DNA of 64,000 nucleotides from Terriglobia bacterium (GTDB taxonomy: Bacteria; Acidobacteriota; Terriglobia; JAJPHL01; JAPKYU01): the NCBI GenBank assembly GCA_965206645.1, contig CBDBKE010000002.1, positions 288,001 to 352,000 on the forward strand, given 5' to 3'. This document shows positions 53,385 to 61,925 of the stretch, piece by piece; the stretch's first letter is position 1, and every line of letters begins with the position of its first letter. The translations under genes were made by a program, and so were the position numbers. Below the pieces are notes generated by a model. That model saw only the letters and a program-made list of their open reading frames with translations. It was not told the DNA's origin and did no database searches.

Positions 53385-53414
53385 TTGACAGCGGTGGAAG
53401 CCCCAAGGGAGAAT
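53385..53414 (+). promoter_or_regulatory. Putative promoter TTGACA-N18-GAGAAT for the leader/sulfite reductase unit
   Basis: Consensus -35; -10 ends 10 nt before the leader GTG. Confidence 0.45.
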
Positions 53415-53424
53415 CATTATCACG

Positions 53425-53520
53425 GTGCAGTTCGGTCGGAGAGAGTTAAGGCTTTGTTGCCCTACGCCGGGATGTTGTTGCCCGTGCGGGCGGCTCTCCG
53501 GCGGACGGTTCGTCTCGTAG
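53425..53520 (+). CDS. Putative Cys-rich leader peptide MQFGRRELRLCCPTPGCCCPCGRLSGGRFVS
   Basis: 6 Cys codons within 11 codons, upstream of a terminator and a sulfur-assimilation gene. Confidence 0.7.
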   Translation: MQFGRRELRLCCPTPGCCCPCGRLSGGRFVS

Positions 53521-53547
53521 CTTGTAGCCTAAGTTATCATCCAGCTG

Positions 53548-53586
53548 ACCCGCCGTCGAGAGATCGAGCCTCTCGGGCGGGTTTTT
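53548..53586 (+). terminator. Intrinsic terminator (attenuator) in the sulfite reductase leader
   Basis: ACCCGCC/GGCGGGT plus CGAGAG/CTCTCG stem followed by a T run, 46 nt before the ATG. Confidence 0.75.
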
Positions 53587-53632
53587 CGTTCCGCGCGATT
53601 GATCTGAGCGGAAGCAGACGGAGTACGGAATT

Positions 53633-55894
53633 ATGAAAGTCTCCAGCGCACTCTGGAAAGAACGGCTTGTCGGGAAGCTGCCGGATAGCTTGGCCCGCGA
53701 AGTGGACATCTTCGAAACGGAGATAGATTTGCGAAGACAGGGCAAAGTGGAAGAAAAACTCTTTGCGGAAACTCGGCTTCGCAGAGGTGTCTACGGACAA
53801 CGCTATGACAACGGCCAGCGGCACGATGGGCAGAAAGTCCAGGATCTCGCCTATCCTTCCAGACAACTGACCAAGGGGCCAAATGCGGTGTGGGATGCTC
53901 CCGGCATGCAGCGTATCAAGGTCCCTTACGGAGGACTCAATGCGGAGCAACTGGAGACCCTAGCGGATTTGACCGAGGAATATTCCGACGGCATTGCGCA
54001 CGTCACGACCCGGCAGGACTTCCAACTGCACTATGTGCAGATTGACGATACGCCCGCTTTGATGCGGCGGCTGGCCGCGGTCAAGATCACCACCCGCGAG
54101 GCTTGCGGCAACTCGGTGCGCAATGTGACCGCTTGCCCCTACGCCGGTGTTTGCCCGGACGAGGCTTTCGACGTCACCCCGTATGCCCGCGCCCTTTCCC
54201 GATTCTTGCTGGGACATCCCGACGCGCAGAACTTCGGCAGGAAGTTCAAGCCGGCCTTCAGCGGCTGCCGGGACCATGGCTGTGGCCTCACCAACATGCA
54301 CGATCTGGGTTTGATCGCAGTCAAACGGAACGGTGGCGGAAAAGAAGAACGAGGTTTTGAAATGTACGTCGGCGGTGGATTGGGGGCCGTTCCCTATCAG
54401 GCGAAGCTGTTTGACTCCTTCCTGCGGCCGGAGGAGCTTCTGCCGACAGCTCAGGCAATTGCCAGGGTCTTCGCGCGGCAGGGGGAGAAGAAAAACCGCA
54501 ATCGGGCCCGTATCAAATTCCTGGTCCATGACCTGGGGATTGAGAAATTTAAGGAGCTGGTGCTTGAGGAGCGCAAGAATCTTCCTCCAGATGTCCGATG
54601 GAACGATTCCCTGGAGGGCGCCGAGCAGGAGTCGGAAGGAGCTCTCCGACCCGGAGGGAAGCTGCCGGCCGGAGGCTCGGAAGACTTCCGGCGCTGGGTG
54701 GAAACCAATACTCGCCGGCAGAAGCAGGAGGGATATGTCGTGGCCACGGTGGCGCTCCCCCTGGGAGATCTCACCTCGCTACAACTTCGTGCTTTGGCCG
54801 ACATCGTCCGCCGGTTCACAAAAGAAACTATCCGCACCACTGTGGAACAAAATTTCGTTCTCCGCTGGATCAGTCAAAGCGATTTGCCCGAACTCTATCG
54901 AGCATTAAAGGAGGCCGGCATGGCAGAGCCGGGCGCGGGCACGCTCGTGGACATTGTTGCCTGCCCAGGCACAGATACCTGCAAACTCGGGATTTCCTCC
55001 TCGCGCGGGCTGGCCGCCGAGTTGCGGAAACGACTGGCCGAGAAATGCTTTCAACTGGATGAGGCCGTTCGAAGCCTGCACATCAAAGTCAGCGGCTGCT
55101 TTAACAGCTGCGGGCAGCACCACGTCGCCGACCTGGGCTTTTACGGCGTCAGCCGCAAGCTGGCTGGCCATGCCGTACCGCACTTTCAGGTTGTTCTCGG
55201 CGGTGAGTGGACCCACAATGCGGGCTCCTATGGCCTGGCCATTGTAGCGATTCCCTCCAGAAGAATTCCGGAAGTGGTCACCCGCATTACCGAACGCTAT
55301 GTCTCCGGCCGAAAGAACGGAGAAGGCTTTCAGGACTTCATTAAGCGAATCGGCAAGGTGGAATTGAAGAAAATGCTGGAAGATCTTGCCCAGCCACCCG
55401 ACCCCGCGACCGATCGCTCCTTTTTCCAGGACTGGGGTGACCCCCGGGAGTACAGCCTGGGCGACCTCGGCGTCGGCGAATGCGCCGGGGAGGTGGTGAG
55501 CTCGGTCGAGTTCGGCCTAGCGGCCGCGGAACGCGAAGTCTTCGAGGCGCAGGTGGCGTTGGAAAATGGCGAAACAGAGAAGGCCAGAGAGACGGCGTAT
55601 CAATCCATGCTCCATGCTGCCAAGGCGCTCGTCCGAATCGAGCACCTGGATATTTCCGACGACTCGGATCAGATTGTCCAGCAATTCCGCACCCGTTTCT
55701 ACGATACGCAGAAGTTCTTCGATCCTTTTGCCGGCGGTAAGTTCGCCCATTACCTGTTTGCCGCTCACCGAAAGGCCGAGGACCCATACACACCGGAGGC
55801 CACCCACCACTTGATCGAGGAGGCGCAACTGTTCATCGAGGCCTCGCACAGTTGCTACAGCCGCATGGCCACCCCTGCAGGCGCCAGGGCGTAG
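53633..55894 (+). CDS. Siroheme-[4Fe-4S] sulfite/nitrite reductase with C-terminal HEPN-like extension
   Basis: GVYGQR, HVTTRQDFQ, CGNSVRN, CPGTDTC, SGCFNSCGQH; YQSMLHAAKAL. Confidence 0.9.
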   Translation: MKVSSALWKERLVGKLPDSLAREVDIFETEIDLRRQGKVEEKLFAETRLRRGVYGQRYDNGQRHDGQKVQDLAYPSRQLTKGPNAVWDAPGMQRIKVPYGGLNAEQLETLADLTEEYSDGIAHVTTRQDFQLHYVQIDDTPALMRRLAAVKITTREACGNSVRNVTACPYAGVCPDEAFDVTPYARALSRFLLGHPDAQNFGRKFKPAFSGCRDHGCGLTNMHDLGLIAVKRNGGGKEERGFEMYVGGGLGAVPYQAKLFDSFLRPEELLPTAQAIARVFARQGEKKNRNRARIKFLVHDLGIEKFKELVLEERKNLPPDVRWNDSLEGAEQESEGALRPGGKLPAGGSEDFRRWVETNTRRQKQEGYVVATVALPLGDLTSLQLRALADIVRRFTKETIRTTVEQNFVLRWISQSDLPELYRALKEAGMAEPGAGTLVDIVACPGTDTCKLGISSSRGLAAELRKRLAEKCFQLDEAVRSLHIKVSGCFNSCGQHHVADLGFYGVSRKLAGHAVPHFQVVLGGEWTHNAGSYGLAIVAIPSRRIPEVVTRITERYVSGRKNGEGFQDFIKRIGKVELKKMLEDLAQPPDPATDRSFFQDWGDPREYSLGDLGVGECAGEVVSSVEFGLAAAEREVFEAQVALENGETEKARETAYQSMLHAAKALVRIEHLDISDDSDQIVQQFRTRFYDTQKFFDPFAGGKFAHYLFAAHRKAEDPYTPEATHHLIEEAQLFIEASHSCYSRMATPAGARA

Positions 55895-55932
55895 CCAGGG
55901 CGTTAACCCAGGGCGTTAGCAAAGAGGCCCTT

Positions 55933-56508
55933 ATGGAACTCCAGCACGTCAACGTAAAGCTCTACGTGGAGAATCCAAAGGGAACCGACCTAGAGGTGTT
56001 GATTCCAGTCTTTCACAACTGGATCCAGGATCAGGTGTGTGAGGAATTGTTGATCGATGTGGCCGATTACCGGCACGTTCATCAAGGTCCGGGAGTGGTC
56101 CTGATCGGCCATGAAGCCAATTACAGTCTGGACAATGCAGATAACCGGCTGGGCGTTCGCTACAACCGCAAGGCTCCCTTAGCAGGCGGCAATCAAGACC
56201 GCTTCGTGCAAGCCACCCGGGCGGCGCTGACCGCCTACAGACGTCTGGATTCCGATCCGCGGATTCAGGGAAAATTTCTCCTGAACGGTCAGGAGCTGGA
56301 GCTATTTGTGAACGACCGACTGCTGGCTCCGAACCTTGAGAAAACCTACCAGGCTGCGAAGCCGGAACTGGAAGGCTTTTTCGGGAAACTCTTTGCGGGA
56401 AGTGGTTACTCGGTCGCGCACAATGGCGACCCTCGGAATCTGTTCTCGGTCGAAGTCCAGGCTTCCAGGCCCTTCACAGCAAGCGAATTGCTCAAGAACC
56501 TATCCTGA
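55933..56508 (+). CDS. Hypothetical protein, probably co-transcribed with the reductase
   Basis: GAGG SD, 191-aa ORF (IPVFHNWIQ, IDVADYRHV). Confidence 0.75.
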   Translation: MELQHVNVKLYVENPKGTDLEVLIPVFHNWIQDQVCEELLIDVADYRHVHQGPGVVLIGHEANYSLDNADNRLGVRYNRKAPLAGGNQDRFVQATRAALTAYRRLDSDPRIQGKFLLNGQELELFVNDRLLAPNLEKTYQAAKPELEGFFGKLFAGSGYSVAHNGDPRNLFSVEVQASRPFTASELLKNLS

Positions 56509-56622
56509 CCATTTGACACACGCCCTCAACGATTCTCCACGGGGAGAATCGTCCTCTGGTCCCGCGTCAGTTCGGGATGCCAACCAGGAAACGCCATGGC
56601 GATGTGACCTTGAGTTGACTAC

Positions 56623-57288
56623 TCAAGGCTTACGAACGACAACGCAAAAGCGTTGCTCAGGCCAGGACCACCAGGTATCTATGGCGCGCTCAAGTTGGAA
56701 CCCTGCGTCTCTGAGCTCCTGGATGAGAATATCCAACGGCATCCCATGTCCACCACGGTTTTCCGGCACTCCATCCGGCGTCGAAAGCCAGAATCGCCAA
56801 ACGCGCGGCTCAAAGTCGATGACCGCAAGCTGGCCACCGGAACGAAGCGCTTCGTAGATACTGCGGTTCATCGCCGTGGGGTCAGTGAAGTGATGATAGA
56901 CCTTCGACATGAAAATCGCGTCACAGCATGCGGCCGGCAGATTCGTGTCCGCCTCCTCACCGCCAACGACGGTCATGTTCGCAAAGCCGGCTGTCGCAAT
57001 ATTGTTCCGAAGTTCTTCCAGGATAGTTCCCTCCAGCTCTGTAGCGTAGACGTAACCAGCGGGGCCCACGTGCTCGGCCAACCGGACAGTCATTCGGCCT
57101 TTGCCGGCACCAATTTCCGCTACTGTGGTGCCGGGCTTCAACTCCAGCAACTCGATCAAGCGCGTCACCTCAGGGCGGGGATAAGCATCGCGGTAAGCGC
57201 CTATCGCGTAGAGTCCTCCAGCCAGAGCGACCAGCAGCAACAGCGGCCAGCTCAGCTTCTTTAGGATGTGTGCAGGTTGAACTCTCAT
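56623..57288 (-). CDS. Class I SAM-dependent methyltransferase with N-terminal signal/TM
   Basis: VAEIGAGKG motif I; VYHHF; LRSGGQLAVID. Confidence 0.88.
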   Translation of the reverse strand: MRVQPAHILKKLSWPLLLLVALAGGLYAIGAYRDAYPRPEVTRLIELLELKPGTTVAEIGAGKGRMTVRLAEHVGPAGYVYATELEGTILEELRNNIATAGFANMTVVGGEEADTNLPAACCDAIFMSKVYHHFTDPTAMNRSIYEALRSGGQLAVIDFEPRVWRFWLSTPDGVPENRGGHGMPLDILIQELRDAGFQLERAIDTWWSWPEQRFCVVVRKP

Positions 57289-57365
57289 CGGCGGCGACTG
57301 GACTTCGAGCGATCTGAGCTATCCTTCGACGTTGGAGCTCCCCGACGCCTCGCTTCTGACGGACC

Positions 57366-59102
57366 TCAAATGACCGGGGTCTCCCGGTACGTGCCCCAGA
57401 TCTGCCTGAGCGTCTCCACGATATCGCCCATGGTGGCGCCTGTCTTCACCAGCTCGATCGTGATCGGCATGATATTTTGGTTCTCGTCCCTGGCCACCCG
57501 CTGCAACTCCTCTAAGAGCTGCGCAACCTCCTGATTGTCGCGCTCGCAACGAACCTTTTGAAGGGCCTGGATCTGGCGGTGCTCGGTTTCTGGATCATAG
57601 GGATGGGCGTCAAGATCCAGCTTCTCGTCCTCCTCTACGTATTTATTGACGCCAATGACGTTGTGCTCACCCCGGGCCTTTTTCAGCGCCGTCCGATAGG
57701 CCGTGTCGGCGATTTCTCGCTGGAACCAACCATCCTCGATCGCCTGAACCGCGCCACCCATGGTGTCTACTTTGTCCAGGACCGTGAAAATTTCCCGTTC
57801 CATTTGCGTGGTCAGGCTCTCCACAAAATAGGAGCCCCCTAAAGGGTCGACCACCGAGGTGATGTTGGTCTCGTCGGCAATGACCTGCTGCGTTCGCAAA
57901 GCCAGCTTCATCGCCTCCTCGGTGGGGATGGTGAACGCTTCGTCGAATCCATTTGTATGCAGACTTTGCGCACCGCCCAGAACGCCAGCTAGCGCCTGGA
58001 AGGCGGTACGGAGCAGATTGACCTTGTACTGCGGCTTGGTGAGCGTCGCCGCCGAAGTCTGGCAGTGGAAGCGCAGCCGCATGGACTCGGGCTTCTTCGC
58101 TCCGAACCGATCCCTCATGATCTTGGCGTACACGCGGCGCAGCGCACGGAACTTGGCGATCTCCTCGAAAAAATCCGCCTGGCTGACAAAGTAGAACGAG
58201 AGCCGCGGCGCGAAGCTGTCCACGTCCACTCCGGCTTTGACCACCTCCTCCACGTAGGCCACAGCGTTCGCCAGGGTGAAACCACTTTCCTGCACTGCGT
58301 TGGCTCCGGCCTCGGAGATGTGGTAGCCGGAGATGTTGATCGGGTTGTAGCGCGGCAGGTGGCGGGTGCTGTAAACAATGGTGTCTCGCACAATGCGCAT
58401 CGAGGGACGAACAGGATAAATCCACTCTTTCTGGGCCACATACTCCTTCAGGATGTCGTTCTGGATGGTCCCGGAGAGCTGGCCTGGGTCATAGCCGTGC
58501 TTTTCCGCCAGCGCGATGTACATGGCGAACAGGATCCAGGCCGTAGGGTTGATGGTCATGGACACCGAGATCCGGGTGAGATCAATCCCCTCGAACAGAG
58601 CCTCCATGTCGGCCAGTGTGTCAATGGCCACACCCTCGCGCCCCACCTCTCCATGCGACATTGGGTGGTCGGAGTCGTAGCCCATGAGCGTCGGCATGTC
58701 GAAATCGGTCGAAAGGCCTGTCTGTCCTTGCGAGATCAGGTACTGAAACCGAGCATTCGTATCCGCACCTGTGCCGTAGCCAGCGATCTGCCGCATGGTC
58801 CACAGGCGACCTCGGTACATGGTCGGATAGGGTCCGCGGGTGAAGGGGTATTGCCCCGGCAGCCCAATATCTTCCAGTGAAGTTTGCTTGAGATCCAGGG
58901 CAGTGTAGACCCGCTGGAGGGGCGACCCGGCCAGAGTCCGGTACTCAGCGCGGCTTTCCGGCTGGCGATTCAGGAAAGCCGCAAGCTCGCCCTCCTCCCA
59001 CCTGCGCACGCGCTCCTCCCACCGCGCGATTTCCGCCCCTGCCTTGGCGTCTTTGCTGTCGGCTACAGCGCGCCTATCGTTGCGGTCTTCCTTGCCTGCC
59101 AT
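57366..59102 (-). CDS. hcmA: B12-dependent acyl-CoA mutase large subunit, 2-hydroxyisobutyryl-CoA mutase type
   Basis: WTMRQIAG (Ile in place of Tyr/Phe) and GLSTDFDMPT (Asp), the HcmA specificity signature; TIQNDILKE. Confidence 0.85.
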   Translation of the reverse strand: MAGKEDRNDRRAVADSKDAKAGAEIARWEERVRRWEEGELAAFLNRQPESRAEYRTLAGSPLQRVYTALDLKQTSLEDIGLPGQYPFTRGPYPTMYRGRLWTMRQIAGYGTGADTNARFQYLISQGQTGLSTDFDMPTLMGYDSDHPMSHGEVGREGVAIDTLADMEALFEGIDLTRISVSMTINPTAWILFAMYIALAEKHGYDPGQLSGTIQNDILKEYVAQKEWIYPVRPSMRIVRDTIVYSTRHLPRYNPINISGYHISEAGANAVQESGFTLANAVAYVEEVVKAGVDVDSFAPRLSFYFVSQADFFEEIAKFRALRRVYAKIMRDRFGAKKPESMRLRFHCQTSAATLTKPQYKVNLLRTAFQALAGVLGGAQSLHTNGFDEAFTIPTEEAMKLALRTQQVIADETNITSVVDPLGGSYFVESLTTQMEREIFTVLDKVDTMGGAVQAIEDGWFQREIADTAYRTALKKARGEHNVIGVNKYVEEDEKLDLDAHPYDPETEHRQIQALQKVRCERDNQEVAQLLEELQRVARDENQNIMPITIELVKTGATMGDIVETLRQIWGTYRETPVI

Positions 59103-59301
59103 GGCTTCACCCTCGCTTCCGATCACTAGCTCGACACCATCCCCCAGCTTCAACCCGCGCCCGCAATATTCGTACAATTAATACCGCTACCGGGGACTTG
59201 AGTTCAGACAAAAAGTTTGGCCACCACCTGCAGATCAATGTCCCGTAGGAAGGCACGATCCATCCCGCCTGCGAGTGCCGGAATGGATCCCGCACGGCGA
59301 T

Positions 59302-60723
59302 TCACCCGGTTTGGCTTTCATATTTTCGAAACAGGTCACGGTCGTCGATGACGCGCCGTGCCTTGAAGTCGGTCCGCGCAATGGTGTTGGGCTCGACCAC
59401 ATCCACCTTCGCCCGGACCCCCAGGACCCGCTGCAAGTCGCGTTCCGTCCACTTGCGAAAGCCCGCCACTGCTTGGCCCCCTTGCTCGTAGACGGACGGC
59501 TGAACCTCGACTCGCACCACCAATTCGTCCATTGAGGTTTCCCGAGTAATGACGATGCGGTGCTCGCCGCCGTATCCAGGCAGCTCGTTGAGCACGGCGT
59601 CGATGGCGCTGGGATAAATGTTCTCACCGCGAATAGTAAACATGTCGTCAATTCGCCCATACATGCCGCGAGGCAGCTGCGGGTAGGTTCGCCCGCACGG
59701 TGTTTGCCCGTCCACCCACCGGGTGAGATCCCCGGATAACAGGCGGATCATCGGCTGCGAGGTGCGTTCCAAGTGCGTATAGACAGGGGTGCCTTCCTCG
59801 CCGTACGGAACGCGGCGAAAGCTTTTCGGGTCGCACACCTCGGTGTAGACAAAGTCCTGCCACAGGAGCATGCCTTCGTGACTTTCCCAGCTTCCCGCGC
59901 CGTTCATCCAGGGCGTCATTTCAGCCATCGTACCGCAGTCGATCACTCGGGCCCCATAGACGTCCTCGATGCGTTTGCGAATGCCGGGAATCGAGGCTCC
60001 TGGCTCACCCGAAAAGAACATCAACTTCAGCCGAAAATCGAGCGGATTGTAGCCCTCCTCCTCAGCCACCTCAGCGAGGTGCAAGGCGTAGGAGGGTGTG
60101 CCGTAGAAAGCCGTCGGCTTCACCAGCTTCATCCACATCGCCGCCCGAGCCGTCATCCCTGGCGCACCCGCCCCGAACGGGAAACACTTCGCCCTCAGCC
60201 GCTCCGCCCCCGCTAGCGTGCCCCATGAGCCCATGTACAGGCTGAATACCCCAGCAATGAACACCGTGTCGCCCGGGCGAATGCCCATCCCCCACATCAC
60301 CCGAGCCTGAGCGTTGGCGATGGCGTCCCAGTCGCTGCGGCCGATGGCGAAGGCCGTGGGCCGACCGGTCGTACCTGACGTCCCATGAATGTGATGGATC
60401 TCTGACTCCGGGATGCATAGAAAATCACCGAACGGCGCGGCGCGTTCCTGAGATTCTCTGAGCTCTGTCTTGGTGACAACCGGCACGCGCTCGAAATCCT
60501 CCAGGCTTCGAATGCGGTCCGGATGGACGCCGGCTTCATCCCATTTTCGCCTGTAGAAGGGCGCCTTCCCGTAAGCGTAGCGCATGACCTGCCGGATGCG
60601 CCCGAGGATCGCCTGTTCCCGCTCCTGCGGATCCATCGTTTCCCGCACGGGAAACCAATACCGGCTCCCCGGCTCAGGAATATATTTGGGATCATATTGC
60701 GGGGGGAAGGACCAGTATTCCAT
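59302..60723 (-). CDS. Phenylacetate-CoA-ligase-family protein, likely 2-hydroxyisobutyrate-CoA ligase
   Basis: GTSGTTGRP, GEPG, GRIDDMF; lies between the two mutase subunits. Confidence 0.85.
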   Translation of the reverse strand: MEYWSFPPQYDPKYIPEPGSRYWFPVRETMDPQEREQAILGRIRQVMRYAYGKAPFYRRKWDEAGVHPDRIRSLEDFERVPVVTKTELRESQERAAPFGDFLCIPESEIHHIHGTSGTTGRPTAFAIGRSDWDAIANAQARVMWGMGIRPGDTVFIAGVFSLYMGSWGTLAGAERLRAKCFPFGAGAPGMTARAAMWMKLVKPTAFYGTPSYALHLAEVAEEEGYNPLDFRLKLMFFSGEPGASIPGIRKRIEDVYGARVIDCGTMAEMTPWMNGAGSWESHEGMLLWQDFVYTEVCDPKSFRRVPYGEEGTPVYTHLERTSQPMIRLLSGDLTRWVDGQTPCGRTYPQLPRGMYGRIDDMFTIRGENIYPSAIDAVLNELPGYGGEHRIVITRETSMDELVVRVEVQPSVYEQGGQAVAGFRKWTERDLQRVLGVRAKVDVVEPNTIARTDFKARRVIDDRDLFRKYESQTG

Positions 60724-60760
60724 TCCTTGTCTACCGGGTGGAGGCTTCCAAAGACAGCTC

Positions 60761-61159
60761 TCAACGCGGGCGGCGGTCGGTGACCAGCCGCCGGACCGTG
60801 TTGACAATCGTCTCGGGCGGCGTATCCTGGAGCAGGACCTCCGCCACCCCCATTTTCTTGAGCGCTGTCAAGTCCCCTTCCGGCATAACGCCGCCCGCCA
60901 CAAGGATGATGTCCTGTGCCTTTCCGGCCTTCAGCAGGTCGAGGATTCGCGTCAGGATCGTCATGTGCGCTCCGGACAGTACGCTGACGCCCAGCACGTC
61001 CACGTCCTCCTGAATCGCCGCGGAGACTACCTCTTCGGGCGTTCGGTGCAGCCCCGTGTAAATCACTTCCATGCCGGCGTCTCGAAGGCAGCGGGCAACG
61101 ATCTTCACCCCGCGATCGTGACCGTCAAGCCCAACTTTGGCGATTAGGACGCGGATCAC
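60761..61159 (-). CDS. hcmB: Cobalamin-binding mutase small subunit
   Basis: KVGLDGHDRG (DxHxxG), SVLSGAH, GG motif. Confidence 0.88.
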   Translation of the reverse strand: MIRVLIAKVGLDGHDRGVKIVARCLRDAGMEVIYTGLHRTPEEVVSAAIQEDVDVLGVSVLSGAHMTILTRILDLLKAGKAQDIILVAGGVMPEGDLTALKKMGVAEVLLQDTPPETIVNTVRRLVTDRRPR

Positions 61160-61508
61160 ATCAGTCTCTGGAGTGTTTCATCACGCTGCACAGCGGTTCT
61201 TTTGCGCGCAAAAGACCCGAAAGAACTGAATTGCTGGCAAAGCTCCGACGAACGCAAGCTCCTAAAGCCCTTTTCACAATTGCGAAGCAACAACTGCGAG
61301 GCAATAGATACGCAAGCATCCGTCTCACCGGTGTCCCTCCAAACTCTATGCGAACTACATCCTCGACTCCTTGAGAGGTTTGGTCAATAGCAAATGTTGC
61401 CCATATGATCCGCACAGCACATTGCATGTACATGGTCCAGGTTCTATCTCTGTCTAGGCGTCGTCTTTCGAGCACGCGCGGCACGAAAGGCGCCGGGCCT
61501 TGCTTCGG

Positions 61509-61690
61509 CTCCCTCCGGACTTCGTGGTACACTCATTGAGGCATACGTTGCTGACCCTTTTGGGCGAAGCTGGGGCGGACGCCTTCACAATCACGCGGAT
61601 CCTGGGACACAGCAGGGCGGCCAATATTTCAGAGGTACGTACACCCCAGCCCGGAATCGCTTGAAGGCGCCTTCGCCCGGCTGCATGCTC
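61509..61690 (+). pseudogene. Tyrosine recombinase C-terminal remnant, frameshifted
   Basis: LPPDFVVHSLRHTLLTLLGEAGADAFTITRILGHS, then after a shift QRYVHPSPESLEGAFARL. Confidence 0.75.
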
Positions 61691-61813
61691 CGAACGAAAG
61701 GGCCACCAAGGGACTATCTGAGGCGTAGGAACTGCAGCTACGCGCTACAGTTTTCACTAGAGTCTGGGCAGGGGCAGAATGCGCAATCAGCTAAGTGCCT
61801 TGTCTTGAAGCTT

Positions 61814-61900
61814 GCGGAAGTGGCGGAACGGCAGACGCAGCGGACTCAAAATCCGCCGCCCCTCGCGGGCATGAGGGTTCAAATCCCTCCTTCCGCACCA
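61814..61900 (+). tRNA. tRNA-Leu(CAA)
   Basis: Acceptor stem GCGGAAG/CTTCCGC + ACCA, anticodon loop CTCAAAA, long variable arm, GTTCAAATC T loop. Confidence 0.97.
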
Positions 61901-61925
61901 TCTTTCTCTCTTTCTTTTCATTGAA

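Noticed and set aside
53400-53630. SAM riboswitch upstream of sulfite reductase
   Set aside because: No SAM-I core consensus found; the Cys-rich ORF plus alternative hairpins explain the region better
57366-59102. Ordinary methylmalonyl-CoA or isobutyryl-CoA mutase
   Set aside because: Has RQIAG rather than RQYAG or RQFAG
61160-61500. Cobalamin riboswitch or 123-aa ORF upstream of hcmB
   Set aside because: No B12-box recognisable; the ORF has no recognisable motifs and overlaps the integrase remnant
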